NCBI GenBank assembly: GCA_963700145.1
Contig: OY969474.1
Location: 3,552,001-3,616,000 of the forward strand
Reading direction: 5' to 3'
Source of the DNA: an uncultured Acidobacteriota bacterium
GTDB lineage: Bacteria; Acidobacteriota; Thermoanaerobaculia; Multivoradales; UBA5704
Length of the DNA stretch: 64,000 nucleotides
Part shown: positions 9,213 through 19,075 of the stretch, piece by piece
Layout of the letters: every line of letters starts with the position of its first letter
How positions within the stretch are numbered: the first letter of the stretch is position 1
Position numbers and translations under genes: made by a program
Notes under the pieces: generated by a model
Told to the model about the DNA's origin: nothing
Database searches by the model: none
What the model saw: only the letters and a program-made list of their open reading frames with translations

Positions 9213-10559
9213 AGGCTCGTCAAGCGCGGCCCCGCCGGTCCTGATCACCTCACTGTAAAACTCCGCACTCGCCTTCGGCGTCCGCCTTTGTGTCGCGCGG
9301 TCGACGTGCACGATCCCGAAGCGCGGCTCGTACCCCTTGCTCCACTCGAAGTTGTCGAGCAGCGACCAGGCGAAGTAGCCGCGCACGTCGGCGCCGGCGG
9401 CAATCGCGCGCCGCACCGCCAGCAGGTGCTCGCGCAGGTAGGCGACGCGCGGCACGTCCTCGATCCGGCCGCCGGGCGCCGCCGGCGGGTCGGCGAAGGC
9501 GGCGCCGTTCTCGGTGACGTAGAGCGGCACCGGCCCGTAGCGCGCGCGCAGCCAGCCGATCGTCTCCTCCAGCCCCCGCGGGTAGACCTCCCAGTCGAGC
9601 GCGGTATAGATACTCCCCGCTTGCCGCGCCTTCGCCGCCCCGGTCGGCCAGCAGGCCGGGTCGTGCCGCACCACCGAGCGCGCGTAGTAGTTGAGGCCGA
9701 GGAAGTCGAGCGGTTGTCGGATGCGCTCGAGGTCGGCCGCCAGCGGCTCGCGCCAGCCTTCGCCGTAGATCGCCGGCAGCTCCTCGGGGTAGCGGCCGAG
9801 GAAGACCGGATCGGTGAACTGGCGGTTCATGTAGGCGTCGTCGCGCGACGCCGCGGCGACGTCCTCCGGGCGGTCGCTCGCCGGGTGCTTCGGCTCGACG
9901 TTGACGACCAGCCCGATGCGGTGCTTGCCGCCGGCCCGGTAGGCGAGCACCGCCTCGGCGTGCGCCAGGAGCAGGTGGTGGGCGACGCGCGGCGCCTCCC
10001 AGCGGCTGCGGTGGCCGGGCGCCAGCGTGCCGTGCAGGTGCCCGCCGTCGCACACCACCCAGGGCTCGTTGAGCGTCGCCCAGAGGCGCACGTCGCCGTC
10101 GAGCGCGTCGAAGCAGACGCGCGCGTAGTCGGCGAACCAGCGCGGGCTGTCCGGGTTGAGCCAGCCGCCGCGCTCGTCGAGCGCCGCCGGGTGGTCCCAG
10201 TGGTAGAGCGTCGCCATCGGCTCGATCCCCGCCTCGCGCAGCGCCGCGACCAGCCGGCGGTAGAAGTCGAGCCCGCGCTGGTTGACGGCACCGGTGCCCT
10301 CCGGCAGCACCCGCCCCCAGGCGATGCTGAAGCGGTAGGCGCCGAGCCCGAGGTCACGCATCAGCGCGACGTCGTCGCGGAAGCGCCGGTAGTGGTCACA
10401 GGCGACGTCGCCGGTGTCGCCGTTGGCGATCCAGCCCGGGGTGTGCGCGAAGCGGTGCCAGTTGCTCTCGCCGGCGCCGTCGGCAAGCGGCGAGCCCTCG
10501 ATCTGGTAGGCGGAGGTGGCAGCGCCCCAGAGGAAATCGTCGGGGAAGGGCGCGCCCAT
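9192..10559 (-). CDS. GH1 beta-glucosidase
   Basis: FLWGAATSAYQIEG, TLNEP (acid/base), YVTENG (nucleophile), WSLLDNFEW. Confidence 0.96.
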   Translation of the reverse strand: MGAPFPDDFLWGAATSAYQIEGSPLADGAGESNWHRFAHTPGWIANGDTGDVACDHYRRFRDDVALMRDLGLGAYRFSIAWGRVLPEGTGAVNQRGLDFYRRLVAALREAGIEPMATLYHWDHPAALDERGGWLNPDSPRWFADYARVCFDALDGDVRLWATLNEPWVVCDGGHLHGTLAPGHRSRWEAPRVAHHLLLAHAEAVLAYRAGGKHRIGLVVNVEPKHPASDRPEDVAAASRDDAYMNRQFTDPVFLGRYPEELPAIYGEGWREPLAADLERIRQPLDFLGLNYYARSVVRHDPACWPTGAAKARQAGSIYTALDWEVYPRGLEETIGWLRARYGPVPLYVTENGAAFADPPAAPGGRIEDVPRVAYLREHLLAVRRAIAAGADVRGYFAWSLLDNFEWSKGYEPRFGIVHVDRATQRRTPKASAEFYSEVIRTGGAALDEPALSSRA

Positions 10560-10580
10560 CCCGAAAGCGTAGCGCAGCGC

Positions 10581-13208
10581 TCACCGCGGCAGGTCGAGGC
10601 GATAGCTCGCCTTGAGCAGGAAGCGGTCCTCCGCCGGCAGGTCGTCGATCGCCCACAAGTCCTCCCAGCGGCCGCTGGAGGTCGCGAGCAGCCGCTCCTC
10701 CCGCCCTTCGCTCCACACCGCGTAGAGCGTCGCCGCCCCCACCTCCCAGCGCAGCACGGCGTTGCCGCGCAGGCTGCGCAGGCTGAAGTCCGGGTCGGCG
10801 AGGACGAAGGGCGGGGCGGCGGCCGCGCCGTCGGGGTCGACGCGATAGACACCGCCGCCGCGCTCGACCGCCGTGTAGGCGCGGTAGCCGCCGCCCGGCG
10901 CGGCCAGCTCGGCGAGCCCGGCGTAGGTGCCGGAGGCGGCGAAGGGCTGCAGATAGAGCTGCAGCGAGAGGTTGCGGTGGAACGTCCAGTCGAGCCGCGG
11001 GGCGAGCTCCAGGCGGCGCTCCACGAGCTCGCCGAAGACCCAGCGGCGGCCGTAGGTGGCGGCGGCGAGCGGGTCGTCCACCGCGCCGACGAACTTGGCC
11101 GCGACCGTGCGGGTGGCGGCGGTGGCGGCGAGCTGGAGACTGATGTTGGAGCGCGGCCGCCAGCCCAGCGTCAGCGCGGTGGAGCGGCTGGAGCCGCCGT
11201 CCTCGTCGTCGCCGTCGCCGCGCGCCAGCTCCACCCAGACCGGCTTGCGCGTGTCGCTGCCGACCCGCAGCGACGACGACCAGCCCGGCGGCCGGGCGAT
11301 GCGCGGCCCGCCGCGCGTCTCGCGGTCGTCGAAGCCGCTCTCCGTGCGGAAGAGACCGGCGGACCCCGTCCAGTAATTGCGCAGCGTCGTCGTGCCCTCG
11401 AAGCTCCAGCCGCCGGCCAGCGGCTCGCCGCCGCCGTTCTCGCTCCACCAGCGCCCGCCCCACAGGCGCCAGGAGCGCGCGACGCGGCCGGGCGTCACGT
11501 CGTGGTAGGCGGCGACGGCGTGCGCCGCGCGCAGGTCGCTGCGGGCGTGGAAGCCCAGCTCGTTGACGTCGAACCCGGGCGAGTAGGCCTGCCCCTGGAG
11601 CTGGTAGCGCCAGGCGCCGGTCTCGCGCGAGAGCGTCAGCTTGCCGCCCCAACCGGAGAGCTCGTCGCGCGCGGGATCGAAGCGCAAGTGGTCGGCGTCC
11701 GGCCGCTGGTAGGCGTGCGCCGGCGAGCGCTGGAGGAGCGCGATCGCCTGCGGCGGCCCGTCGACGCGAGAGCCGGCGACCATCCAGTCGATCAGGAGGT
11801 CGCGGTCGCCGAGCCAAGCGTAGCCGTCGAGGCCCAGGACCCGCGCGGTCTCCGGCAGGAACGCGGTGGCGGCGCGGCTGCGGCGGTCGGTGGAGGTGGC
11901 CAGGAGCCCGATCCGCCGCCGCTCGCCCAGGTCGCGCGTCACCCGGCCGGCGAAGTAGCTGGCCCCCGGCTCGACGACCTGCGAGCGCAGCGCCCCGCCG
12001 CTCGCCAGCTCCGCCCGCTCCTCGGCGGTGAGGGCGTCGAGCAGCGCGACGCTGGTGCCGCCGGCGGTGCGCCCGAGGAGCTTGAGGGCGCCGAGGATGC
12101 GGGTCGCCCCGGGCGCGTCCACCGCTTCGGCGGCGAGGCGCGCCGTCCCCTGCGGCTCGCGGCCGATGCGCCGCGAGTAGAAGAGCCGCGGGTGGCCGAC
12201 CGCGAAGGGCGTGGTGTACGCGGTCGCGACGCCGCCGAAGTTGAAGAGCTTGGCGCCGTCGAGGAAGAACGGCCGCTTCTCGGGCAGGAAGAGCTCGAAC
12301 CCCGAGAGGTCGAGGACCGCGGGATCGACCTCCACTTGGCCGAAGTCCGGGTTGAGCGTGCCGGTGAGCGTCAGGTTGCTGCGCGAGGTCCAGCGCAGGT
12401 CGAGTCCCACCTCCTCGGCGCCGCCGCCGTCGCGGCCCAGCGGATCGCCGGCGGGGACGGCGGCGTCGCGCAGCGCCGCGGCGGAGACGTAGGGCCGCAG
12501 CTCGAGGCGCGAGCGCGGGCGGACGCCGTCGAGCCCCGCGAGGTCGCCGAAGCGGGAGGCGAAGCCGGGCTGGTCGAGCGGGTGCGAGACCCACCGCGCC
12601 TGCTCCTGGCGGCCGCGGATCCAGCGGATGAAGTTGAGGCCCCAGACCTGCGGCACGCGCTCGGCGAAGCGCAGCTCGGCGAGCGGGATGCGCATCTCGA
12701 CGCTCCAGCCGGTCTCGCCGAGCCGCGCCGCCGACTGCCAGACGGCGTCCCAGGTGGTGTCCTCCTCGACGTCGTTGGCGATGACCTCGTCGTACTGCAC
12801 GCCGTCGGGGTTGACGAAGAAGGCGTAGCCGCTGCGGCGGTCGTGCTGCGGGTCGAGCAGGATGCCGAACCAGTCGCTGGCGAGGAAGGTGTCGCGCCGG
12901 CCGAGGAGGCGCGTCACCGGGTGGGTGCGGTGGTCGAGGACGGCGGCGACGTACAGCGCGTCGTCGTCGAAGAGCACGTGGACGCGGGTCGGCTCGCTCA
13001 CCGGCTCGCCGTTGTCCGGGCGCTGTTGGGTGAAGCCCTCGATCGCCGGCGCGAGGCCCCACACCGCCTCCTCGACGCGGCCGTCGACGGTCGGCGGAGA
13101 GGGGGTGCGGGCGGCGCGGGCCGCGGGGCGCGGGCGGCCGTCGTCGGCCGCGGCGGCGGCGGTGGCGGCCAGGATCAGGAAAGCGAAAGAGAGTGTCTTG
13201 GCGTTCAT
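10581..13208 (-). CDS. Secreted CBM9-like / DUF5916 protein
   Basis: ATG at 13208 with signal peptide; VDGRVEEAVW, WSVEMRIP, LNPDFGQVEVD and LFLPEKRPFFL motifs. Confidence 0.8.
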   Translation of the reverse strand: MNAKTLSFAFLILAATAAAAADDGRPRPAARAARTPSPPTVDGRVEEAVWGLAPAIEGFTQQRPDNGEPVSEPTRVHVLFDDDALYVAAVLDHRTHPVTRLLGRRDTFLASDWFGILLDPQHDRRSGYAFFVNPDGVQYDEVIANDVEEDTTWDAVWQSAARLGETGWSVEMRIPLAELRFAERVPQVWGLNFIRWIRGRQEQARWVSHPLDQPGFASRFGDLAGLDGVRPRSRLELRPYVSAAALRDAAVPAGDPLGRDGGGAEEVGLDLRWTSRSNLTLTGTLNPDFGQVEVDPAVLDLSGFELFLPEKRPFFLDGAKLFNFGGVATAYTTPFAVGHPRLFYSRRIGREPQGTARLAAEAVDAPGATRILGALKLLGRTAGGTSVALLDALTAEERAELASGGALRSQVVEPGASYFAGRVTRDLGERRRIGLLATSTDRRSRAATAFLPETARVLGLDGYAWLGDRDLLIDWMVAGSRVDGPPQAIALLQRSPAHAYQRPDADHLRFDPARDELSGWGGKLTLSRETGAWRYQLQGQAYSPGFDVNELGFHARSDLRAAHAVAAYHDVTPGRVARSWRLWGGRWWSENGGGEPLAGGWSFEGTTTLRNYWTGSAGLFRTESGFDDRETRGGPRIARPPGWSSSLRVGSDTRKPVWVELARGDGDDEDGGSSRSTALTLGWRPRSNISLQLAATAATRTVAAKFVGAVDDPLAAATYGRRWVFGELVERRLELAPRLDWTFHRNLSLQLYLQPFAASGTYAGLAELAAPGGGYRAYTAVERGGGVYRVDPDGAAAAPPFVLADPDFSLRSLRGNAVLRWEVGAATLYAVWSEGREERLLATSSGRWEDLWAIDDLPAEDRFLLKASYRLDLPR

Positions 13209-13236
13209 GCAACGCAGGGTAGGGCCGGCTGGACGA

Positions 13237-13249
13237 TGAGTCCAGCTCA
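13237..13249. promoter_or_regulatory. LysR T-N11-A operator
   Basis: TGAGtccagCTCA dyad between the divergent LysR and DUF5916 genes. Confidence 0.6.
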
Positions 13250-13266
13250 ATGTCATAATCCAAGCC

Positions 13267-14259
13267 ATGCCCAATCTGCATGAGGCCAGATCCCCCGCCC
13301 AGCCGCCGCCGGCGCCCGCCGAGGCCGGCCTGCTGCAGCCGCTCGTCCTCGAGCTGCGCCACCTGCGCCTGGTGCTCGCCATCGAGCAGGAGGGCAGCCT
13401 CACCCGCGCCGGCGAGCGCCTGAACCTCACCCAGTCGGCGCTCAGCCACCAGCTCCGCGAGATCGAGTCGCGCCTGCGGCTGCCGCTCTTCGACCGGGTC
13501 AAGAACCGGCTGGTGCTCAACGCCGCCGGCCGCGAGCTGGTCGCCGGGGCGCGGCGTGTGCTGGCCGAGGTGACGGCGCTCGAGGAGGGGCTGCGCGACT
13601 GGGCGGGCGACGGGCGCGGCCTGCTGCGGCTGACCACCGAGTGCTACACCTGCTACGAGTGGCTGCCGCCGCTCCTCGCCCGCTTCGAGCGCCAGCACCC
13701 GCGCGTCGAGGTGCGCATTGTGGTCGAGGCGACGGCGCGGGCGCTCGCCGCGGTGCGCGAGGGCGAGGTGGACGTGGCGATCGTCACCCGCGGCGATGCC
13801 GGCGTGGAGCTCGAGCCGCTGTTCGAGGACGAGATGCTGCTGCTGGTCGCGCCGGGCCACCGGCTGGCCGAGCGGCCCTACGTCCGCCCCCGCGACCTGG
13901 CGCGCGAGCGCCTGCTGCTCTACTCGGCGCCGGCGGCAAGCAACTTCTACCAGCAGTTCCTCGCCGCCGCCGGCGTCGAGCCGCAGGCGACGGCGCAGGT
14001 GCAGCTCACCGAGGCGATCGTCTCGATGATCCGGGCGGGCCTGGGTGTCGGCCCGCTGCCGCGCTGGGCGGTGGGCGAGGAGCTGCGGCGCGGCACGGTC
14101 GTCGGCGTGCCGCTCGGCGAGCGCGGCCTGCACCGCCAGTGGTCCGCCGCCACCCGGCTCGGCGCCCGCCGCCCGCGCTACCTCGGCGACTTCCTCGAGC
14201 TCGTCACCGCCTCGGCCGGCCCCAGCCGCTTCGCGCAACGGCAGGCGGCGGCGCGCTGA
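13267..14259 (+). CDS. LysR-family regulator (MetR-like substrate-binding domain)
   Basis: LELRHLRL...GSLTRAGERLNLTQSALSHQ HTH; RLTTECYTCYEWLP. Confidence 0.92.
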   Translation: MPNLHEARSPAQPPPAPAEAGLLQPLVLELRHLRLVLAIEQEGSLTRAGERLNLTQSALSHQLREIESRLRLPLFDRVKNRLVLNAAGRELVAGARRVLAEVTALEEGLRDWAGDGRGLLRLTTECYTCYEWLPPLLARFERQHPRVEVRIVVEATARALAAVREGEVDVAIVTRGDAGVELEPLFEDEMLLLVAPGHRLAERPYVRPRDLARERLLLYSAPAASNFYQQFLAAAGVEPQATAQVQLTEAIVSMIRAGLGVGPLPRWAVGEELRRGTVVGVPLGERGLHRQWSAATRLGARRPRYLGDFLELVTASAGPSRFAQRQAAAR

Positions 14260-14285
14260 GCCGGCCGCCGCGGAGGTCGCCCTCG

Positions 14286-16655
14286 CTACTCGTAGGCCAG
14301 GGCTTCGCGCACCGAGCCGCGGGAGGCGTGCCAGGCGGGGAGGAAGCTGGCGGCGGCGCCGAGGACGACCGAGGCGGCGAGCCAGATCAGGAGCCCGCGG
14401 AGCTCGAAGCGGAAGTCGGGGGCGCTCTGGAACATCAGCCCGACCAGCAGGTCGCCGATCGCCTTGCTCGCCGGCCAGGCGGCGAGGGCGGCGACGAGGC
14501 CGCTGAGGAGACCGACGACGGCCCCTTCCGCGGCGACGATCCCCCAGACCGCCCGCGGCGTCGCGCCGATGGCGCGCAGGACGCCCATCTCCCGCCGCCG
14601 CTCGAGGACGTTGAGGCTCATCGTCGTCGCCAGCCCCAGCCCGCCGACGCCGACGATGATGGCCGACATGACGAGGAGGGCGACGTAGATCATCACCATG
14701 TGCTGGTCGAAGCCGAAGCGGCTGTCGGCCTCGCTGCGGCTGCCCTGCGCGCGCAGGCCCTCGCGCTCCAGCTCGCGCTCCAGGACGGCCTCGACGCGGC
14801 GGACCGCGGCGGGGTCGGTCCGCGCCAGCGCCAGGCGGAGGCTGTTGACGGCGCCCGGGTGGTACGCCTCGAAGAAGGCGCGCGGCACGTAGGCGACAGG
14901 CCGGGCGAACGGCTCGCGCGCGATCCCTACCAGCCGCCAGGACCGCAGCTCTGTGCCCAGTCGGAAGGCGACCGTGTCGCCGACCTCGTAGCGCGGCCAG
15001 CGGGTGGCCCAGGCGCTGTTGACGACCAGCGCGTCGTCCTCGCCGGGCCGCAGCCAGACGCCGGCGACGATCGCCGGCGCCAGTAGCCCGGTCGCCGCTG
15101 GCAGCGCGACGACGGTGAAGTCCCCGTCCTCGTCGCCGCCGGGGAAGGTCCCATCGCTGACGATCCACCCTTCGGCGCGCTCGACACCCGGCGTCCGCGC
15201 GACCGCCCGCTCGACGGCGGCGAGCGGGACCATCGTCCCGAGGTTGACGCTCAAGTCGTACTTGCGCTGCGCGAAGAGGCGGTCGAGAGTCTCGATCAGC
15301 GAGGCGCGGACGTTGAGCGCCGCCATGAAGAAAAGGCCGCCGGCCGCCAGCGTCGCCACCGTCAGCACGAGGCGCGTGCGCCGCCGGAAGCCGTTGCGCA
15401 GCGCCAGGAGGAGCGGCCGCGCCGCGCCGCCGACGCCGGCCAGGGCACGGTCGAAGGCGCTCGTGCCGAAGGCGCTGCGCGCCACGCCGAAGTCCCCGAG
15501 CGCCTCGCGCACCGGCACGCCGCTCCCCTTCCACACCGGGTACGCCGCGGCCAGCAACGGCACGACCAGGCCGACCGCGGCGGCGGAGAGGTACACCCAC
15601 GCCGGCGCGGCGAAGCTCGTGATGTCGAAGTTGAGGAACCCGGCCATCGCGCGGCAGAAGACGCGGCTGCCCCAGATCCCGAGCGGCAGGCCGACGAGCA
15701 CGGCGGCGGCGCCGAGCAGCAGCGCCTGCGCCAAGTAGATGCGCGCGATCCGGCCGCGCGTGCCGCCGACCGCCTGCATGACGCCGATCTGCCGCACCTG
15801 CGCCGCCATCAGCGCGGTCAGCAGGTTGACCACCAGGATCCCGGAGAGGAGGAGGACGAAGCCGCCGAAGCTCGACAGCGACAGCAGCAGCAGGCCGGTG
15901 AGGTCGGCGTGCGGGTGCTTGCCCGGCCGCGGCACCTCCACTCCGCTGACGGGGTGCCCCAGGCCCTCGACCAGCCTCTCGACCTCCGCCGCCACGCGCC
16001 GCACGTGCGGCTCGTCGAGCTGGTTTTCGGCCACCAGCAGCTTCAGCTCGTCGAGGTACGGCGTCTCGCCCAGCCGCGCCAGCGTCTCGAGCGTGACGTA
16101 GCCGTAGACGAGGTTCTCCATCCGCGCCTGCGCCTGCCCGACGTCGTGGACGCTGCCGGCGACGCGCAGCGTCCCGTCCCGGCCTTCCGCCGTGCGCACG
16201 GCGACGGTGTCGCCGATCTCCGCCCGCGCCACTTGCAGGGCGTCGCGCTCGATCAGGACCTCGCCGGCGGACGGCGGCCAGGCGCCGCGCTCGGGCACCA
16301 GCCTGCTGACCCGGACGTCGCCGTAGTCGGCGACGACGAAGAGCACCAGGTTGCGCCACTCCATCGGCCCGGTCCTGATGCGGCCGCGGACCGCGCGCCG
16401 CGCCTCGGCGTCGCCCACCCCGGGGTGGGCGCGGACGGCGCGCAGCAGCGCGTCGTCCACCGCGTCCGTCCAGAGGTTCGCCGAGGCGGGGTTGGTGGCG
16501 AGGTAGCCGCGGTCCAGCTCGCGCACCAGGACCGCGTAGGTCGAAAGCACCGTCGAGGTGCCGGCGATGCCGAGCGCGATCGCCGCGACGACGAGCGCCG
16601 TGCGCGTGCGCTCGCGCCAGACGTCGCGCCACGCCTTGCGCCAGGGGGTCGTCAA
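14286..16655 (-). CDS. ABC transporter permease, MacB/FtsX type (duplicated)
   Basis: Two FtsX units: QVRQIGVMQAVGG and ERRREMGVLRAIGA. Confidence 0.9.
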   Translation of the reverse strand: MTTPWRKAWRDVWRERTRTALVVAAIALGIAGTSTVLSTYAVLVRELDRGYLATNPASANLWTDAVDDALLRAVRAHPGVGDAEARRAVRGRIRTGPMEWRNLVLFVVADYGDVRVSRLVPERGAWPPSAGEVLIERDALQVARAEIGDTVAVRTAEGRDGTLRVAGSVHDVGQAQARMENLVYGYVTLETLARLGETPYLDELKLLVAENQLDEPHVRRVAAEVERLVEGLGHPVSGVEVPRPGKHPHADLTGLLLLSLSSFGGFVLLLSGILVVNLLTALMAAQVRQIGVMQAVGGTRGRIARIYLAQALLLGAAAVLVGLPLGIWGSRVFCRAMAGFLNFDITSFAAPAWVYLSAAAVGLVVPLLAAAYPVWKGSGVPVREALGDFGVARSAFGTSAFDRALAGVGGAARPLLLALRNGFRRRTRLVLTVATLAAGGLFFMAALNVRASLIETLDRLFAQRKYDLSVNLGTMVPLAAVERAVARTPGVERAEGWIVSDGTFPGGDEDGDFTVVALPAATGLLAPAIVAGVWLRPGEDDALVVNSAWATRWPRYEVGDTVAFRLGTELRSWRLVGIAREPFARPVAYVPRAFFEAYHPGAVNSLRLALARTDPAAVRRVEAVLERELEREGLRAQGSRSEADSRFGFDQHMVMIYVALLVMSAIIVGVGGLGLATTMSLNVLERRREMGVLRAIGATPRAVWGIVAAEGAVVGLLSGLVAALAAWPASKAIGDLLVGLMFQSAPDFRFELRGLLIWLAASVVLGAAASFLPAWHASRGSVREALAYE

Positions 16656-17323
16656 GCGCCGTTCCCCAGCCGGCCGTCGAAGAGCAGGACGGTGCGGTCG
16701 GCCACCCGCGCGATGTCGCGCTCGTGGGTGGCGACGACGACCGTCGTGCCCGCGCTCGCCATGCGGCGGAAGAGGTCGAGGACGGCGCCGGCCGTCGCCG
16801 AGTCGAGGTTCCCCGTCGGCTCGTCGGCGAGGACGACGGGCGGGTCGTTGGCGAGCGCCCGGGCGATCGCCACCCGCTGCTGCTGGCCGCCGGAGAGGGC
16901 TGCGGGCAGCTTGTCCGCCTGCTCGGCGACGCCGACGCGGTCGAGCAGCTCGAGCGCCCGCCCGCGGCGCTGGCGTGCCGGCAGGGTGCGGCAGAAGTCC
17001 ATCGGCAGCATCACGTTCTCGGCCGCGGTCAGCGTCGGCAGCAGCTGGAAGAACTGGAAGACGAAGCCGACGCTGCGGCCGCGCCAGGCGGCGAGCCGGT
17101 TGGGGCGCAGGCCCTGGACTTCGGTGCCGCCGACGGTGACCGACCCTTCCGTCGGGCTGTCGATGCCGCCGATCAGGTGGAGCAGCGTCGACTTGCCGCT
17201 GCCTGACTTGCCGGCGACGGCAACCAGCTCGCCGCGGCCGATCTCGAGGTCGACGCCGCGCAGGGCGGTGAAGGCGCCGGCCGGGGTCTCGTAGGTCTTG
17301 GTGAGGCGGCGGAGGGAGATCAT
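16652..17323 (-). CDS. ABC transporter ATP-binding protein (LolD/MacB type)
   Basis: GKSGSGKS, LSGGQQQR, LADEPTGNLD. Confidence 0.95.
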   Translation of the reverse strand: MISLRRLTKTYETPAGAFTALRGVDLEIGRGELVAVAGKSGSGKSTLLHLIGGIDSPTEGSVTVGGTEVQGLRPNRLAAWRGRSVGFVFQFFQLLPTLTAAENVMLPMDFCRTLPARQRRGRALELLDRVGVAEQADKLPAALSGGQQQRVAIARALANDPPVVLADEPTGNLDSATAGAVLDLFRRMASAGTTVVVATHERDIARVADRTVLLFDGRLGNGA

Positions 17324-17346
17324 GGCGCGCACCCTACGGCCGCGCC

Positions 17347-17387
17347 GCTGAACCCCGGCTGAACGGCGCGTTCAGCCGCCGTTCAGG
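17347..17387. promoter_or_regulatory. Two divergent direct-repeat boxes for an OmpR-family regulator
   Basis: GCTGAAC at 17347 and 17358; GTTCAG at 17370 and 17381; both pairs 11 bp apart. Confidence 0.6.
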
Positions 17388-17429
17388 CGCCCGCGGTCAC
17401 TGTAGTAGCCTGGCGAAGGAGGACCCCCC

Positions 17430-18092
17430 CTGCGAATTTTGGTCGTCGAGGACGAGGCGCTGCTCTCCGAGCGGCTGGCGCGGACGCTGCGCCAGGCGGG
17501 GTACGCGGTCGACACCGCCGCCGACGGCGAGCGCGCCGACTTCCTTGCCCGGACCGAGCGTTACGACGCGGTCGTGCTCGACCTCGGGCTGCCGCGGATC
17601 GACGGCCTGACGCTCCTCCGCCGCTGGCGCGAGGCGGGCCTCGCGGTGCCGGTGCTGGTGCTCACCGCGCGCGGCAGCTGGCACGAGAAGGTGCAGGGCA
17701 TCGACGGCGGCGCCGACGACTACGTGGCCAAGCCCTTCCGCATGGAGGAGGTGCTCGCCCGCCTCCGCGCCCTGATCCGCCGCGCCAGCGGCCAGCTCGC
17801 GCCCGAGCTGCGCTGCGGCCCCGTCGTCCTCGACCCGCGGGCGGCGAACGTCACGCTCGACGGCGTGCCGGTCAAGCTCACCGCCCACGAGCTGCGCGTC
17901 CTCTCCTATCTCATGCACCACCGCGGCCGCGTCGTCTCACAGGGCGAGCTGACCGAGCACATCTACGCCCAGGACTTCGAGCGCGACTCCAACACCGTCG
18001 AGGTCTTCGTCGCCCGCCTGCGGCGCAAGCTCGGCCCCGCCCTCATCGAGACCGTGCGCGGCGCCGGCTACCGTATCGCGGCGGGCCCGTAG
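17430..18092 (+). CDS. OmpR-family response regulator (probable CTG start)
   Basis: (M)RILVVED, DLGLP, DDYVAKPF, IETVRGAGY; AAGGAGG just upstream of CTG at 17430. Confidence 0.92.
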   Translation: MRILVVEDEALLSERLARTLRQAGYAVDTAADGERADFLARTERYDAVVLDLGLPRIDGLTLLRRWREAGLAVPVLVLTARGSWHEKVQGIDGGADDYVAKPFRMEEVLARLRALIRRASGQLAPELRCGPVVLDPRAANVTLDGVPVKLTAHELRVLSYLMHHRGRVVSQGELTEHIYAQDFERDSNTVEVFVARLRRKLGPALIETVRGAGYRIAAGP

Positions 18093-18097
18093 CGCCG

Positions 18098-19075
18098 GTG
18101 CGCTCCCTCCGCGCGCGCCTCCTCCTCGGCTCGATCCTCTGGGCGGTCGGGCTCGTCGGCATTGCCCACCTCGCGTCGATCCTGCTGCTGCACAGGTTCC
18201 CCTCGCTCCACAGCGTGCCGCCCGTCGCGATGCTGGCGATCGCGATGGTTTTCATGCTGGTCGGGCTTTGGCAGGTGCGGCGCGGCGTCTCGCCCCTCGA
18301 GCGGCTGCGCGAGCGCCTCGCCGCGGTGCGCGGCGGCCGCGACCGCCGCCTCGCCGGCAGCTACCCCACCGAGGTGCAGCCGCTGGTCGACGACCTCAAC
18401 GCCCTCCTGGACGACCGCGAGCGGGCGGTCGAGCGGGCGCTCGGCACCGCCGGCGATCTCGCGCACGGCCTCAAGACGCCGCTCGCCGTGCTGTCGCAGG
18501 AGGCCGACGACGCGGCGGCGGCGGGGCACCGCGAGCTGGCGGCGACCATCGGCCAGCAGGTCGAGCGCATGCGCCGGCAGGTCGAATACCACCTGGCGCA
18601 CGCCCGCGCCGGCGCCTCGGCCGGCGCCGCGCCCGGCGTGCGCTGCCCGATCGCCGAGTCGGCGGAGGGGCTAGCCCGGACGCTGCGGCGGCTTTACGCC
18701 GAGCGCGGGCTCGCGATCGAGGTGGACGTCCCCGCCGAGCACGCGGTGCGCAGCCGCCGCGAAGACCTCGACGAGATGCTCGGCAACCTCCTCGACAACG
18801 CCTGCAAGTGGGCGCGCTCCCGCGTCGCCGTCGCGTCCTTCCAGGAGGACGACGGCTCCGTCGCCATCACCGTGGACGACGACGGCCCGGGCCTCCCCCC
18901 GGCGCTCCGCGAGTCGGTCCTCCAGCGCGGCATCCGCGCCGACGAGGCCGCCCCCGGCTCCGGCCTGGGCCTGGCGATCGTCCGCGACCTCGCCGAGCTC
19001 TACGGCGGCTCGATCGCCCTGGAGGACTCCCCCGCCGGCGGCCTCCGCGCCCGGCTCCGGCTGCCGCCGGCCTAA
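18098..19075 (+). CDS. Sensor histidine kinase (PhoQ-like)
   Basis: Two TMs; DLAHGLKTPL, NLLDNA, DDDGPG and GSGLGL boxes. Confidence 0.93.
   Translation: MRSLRARLLLGSILWAVGLVGIAHLASILLLHRFPSLHSVPPVAMLAIAMVFMLVGLWQVRRGVSPLERLRERLAAVRGGRDRRLAGSYPTEVQPLVDDLNALLDDRERAVERALGTAGDLAHGLKTPLAVLSQEADDAAAAGHRELAATIGQQVERMRRQVEYHLAHARAGASAGAAPGVRCPIAESAEGLARTLRRLYAERGLAIEVDVPAEHAVRSRREDLDEMLGNLLDNACKWARSRVAVASFQEDDGSVAITVDDDGPGLPPALRESVLQRGIRADEAAPGSGLGLAIVRDLAELYGGSIALEDSPAGGLRARLRLPPA

Noticed and set aside
9288-16632. Very long alternative ORFs (9288..13283 +, 10396..16632 -) and similar shadows across the window
   Set aside because: Arg/Ala/Pro/Gly-rich off-frame or antisense products of high-GC genes that have clear motifs in another frame.
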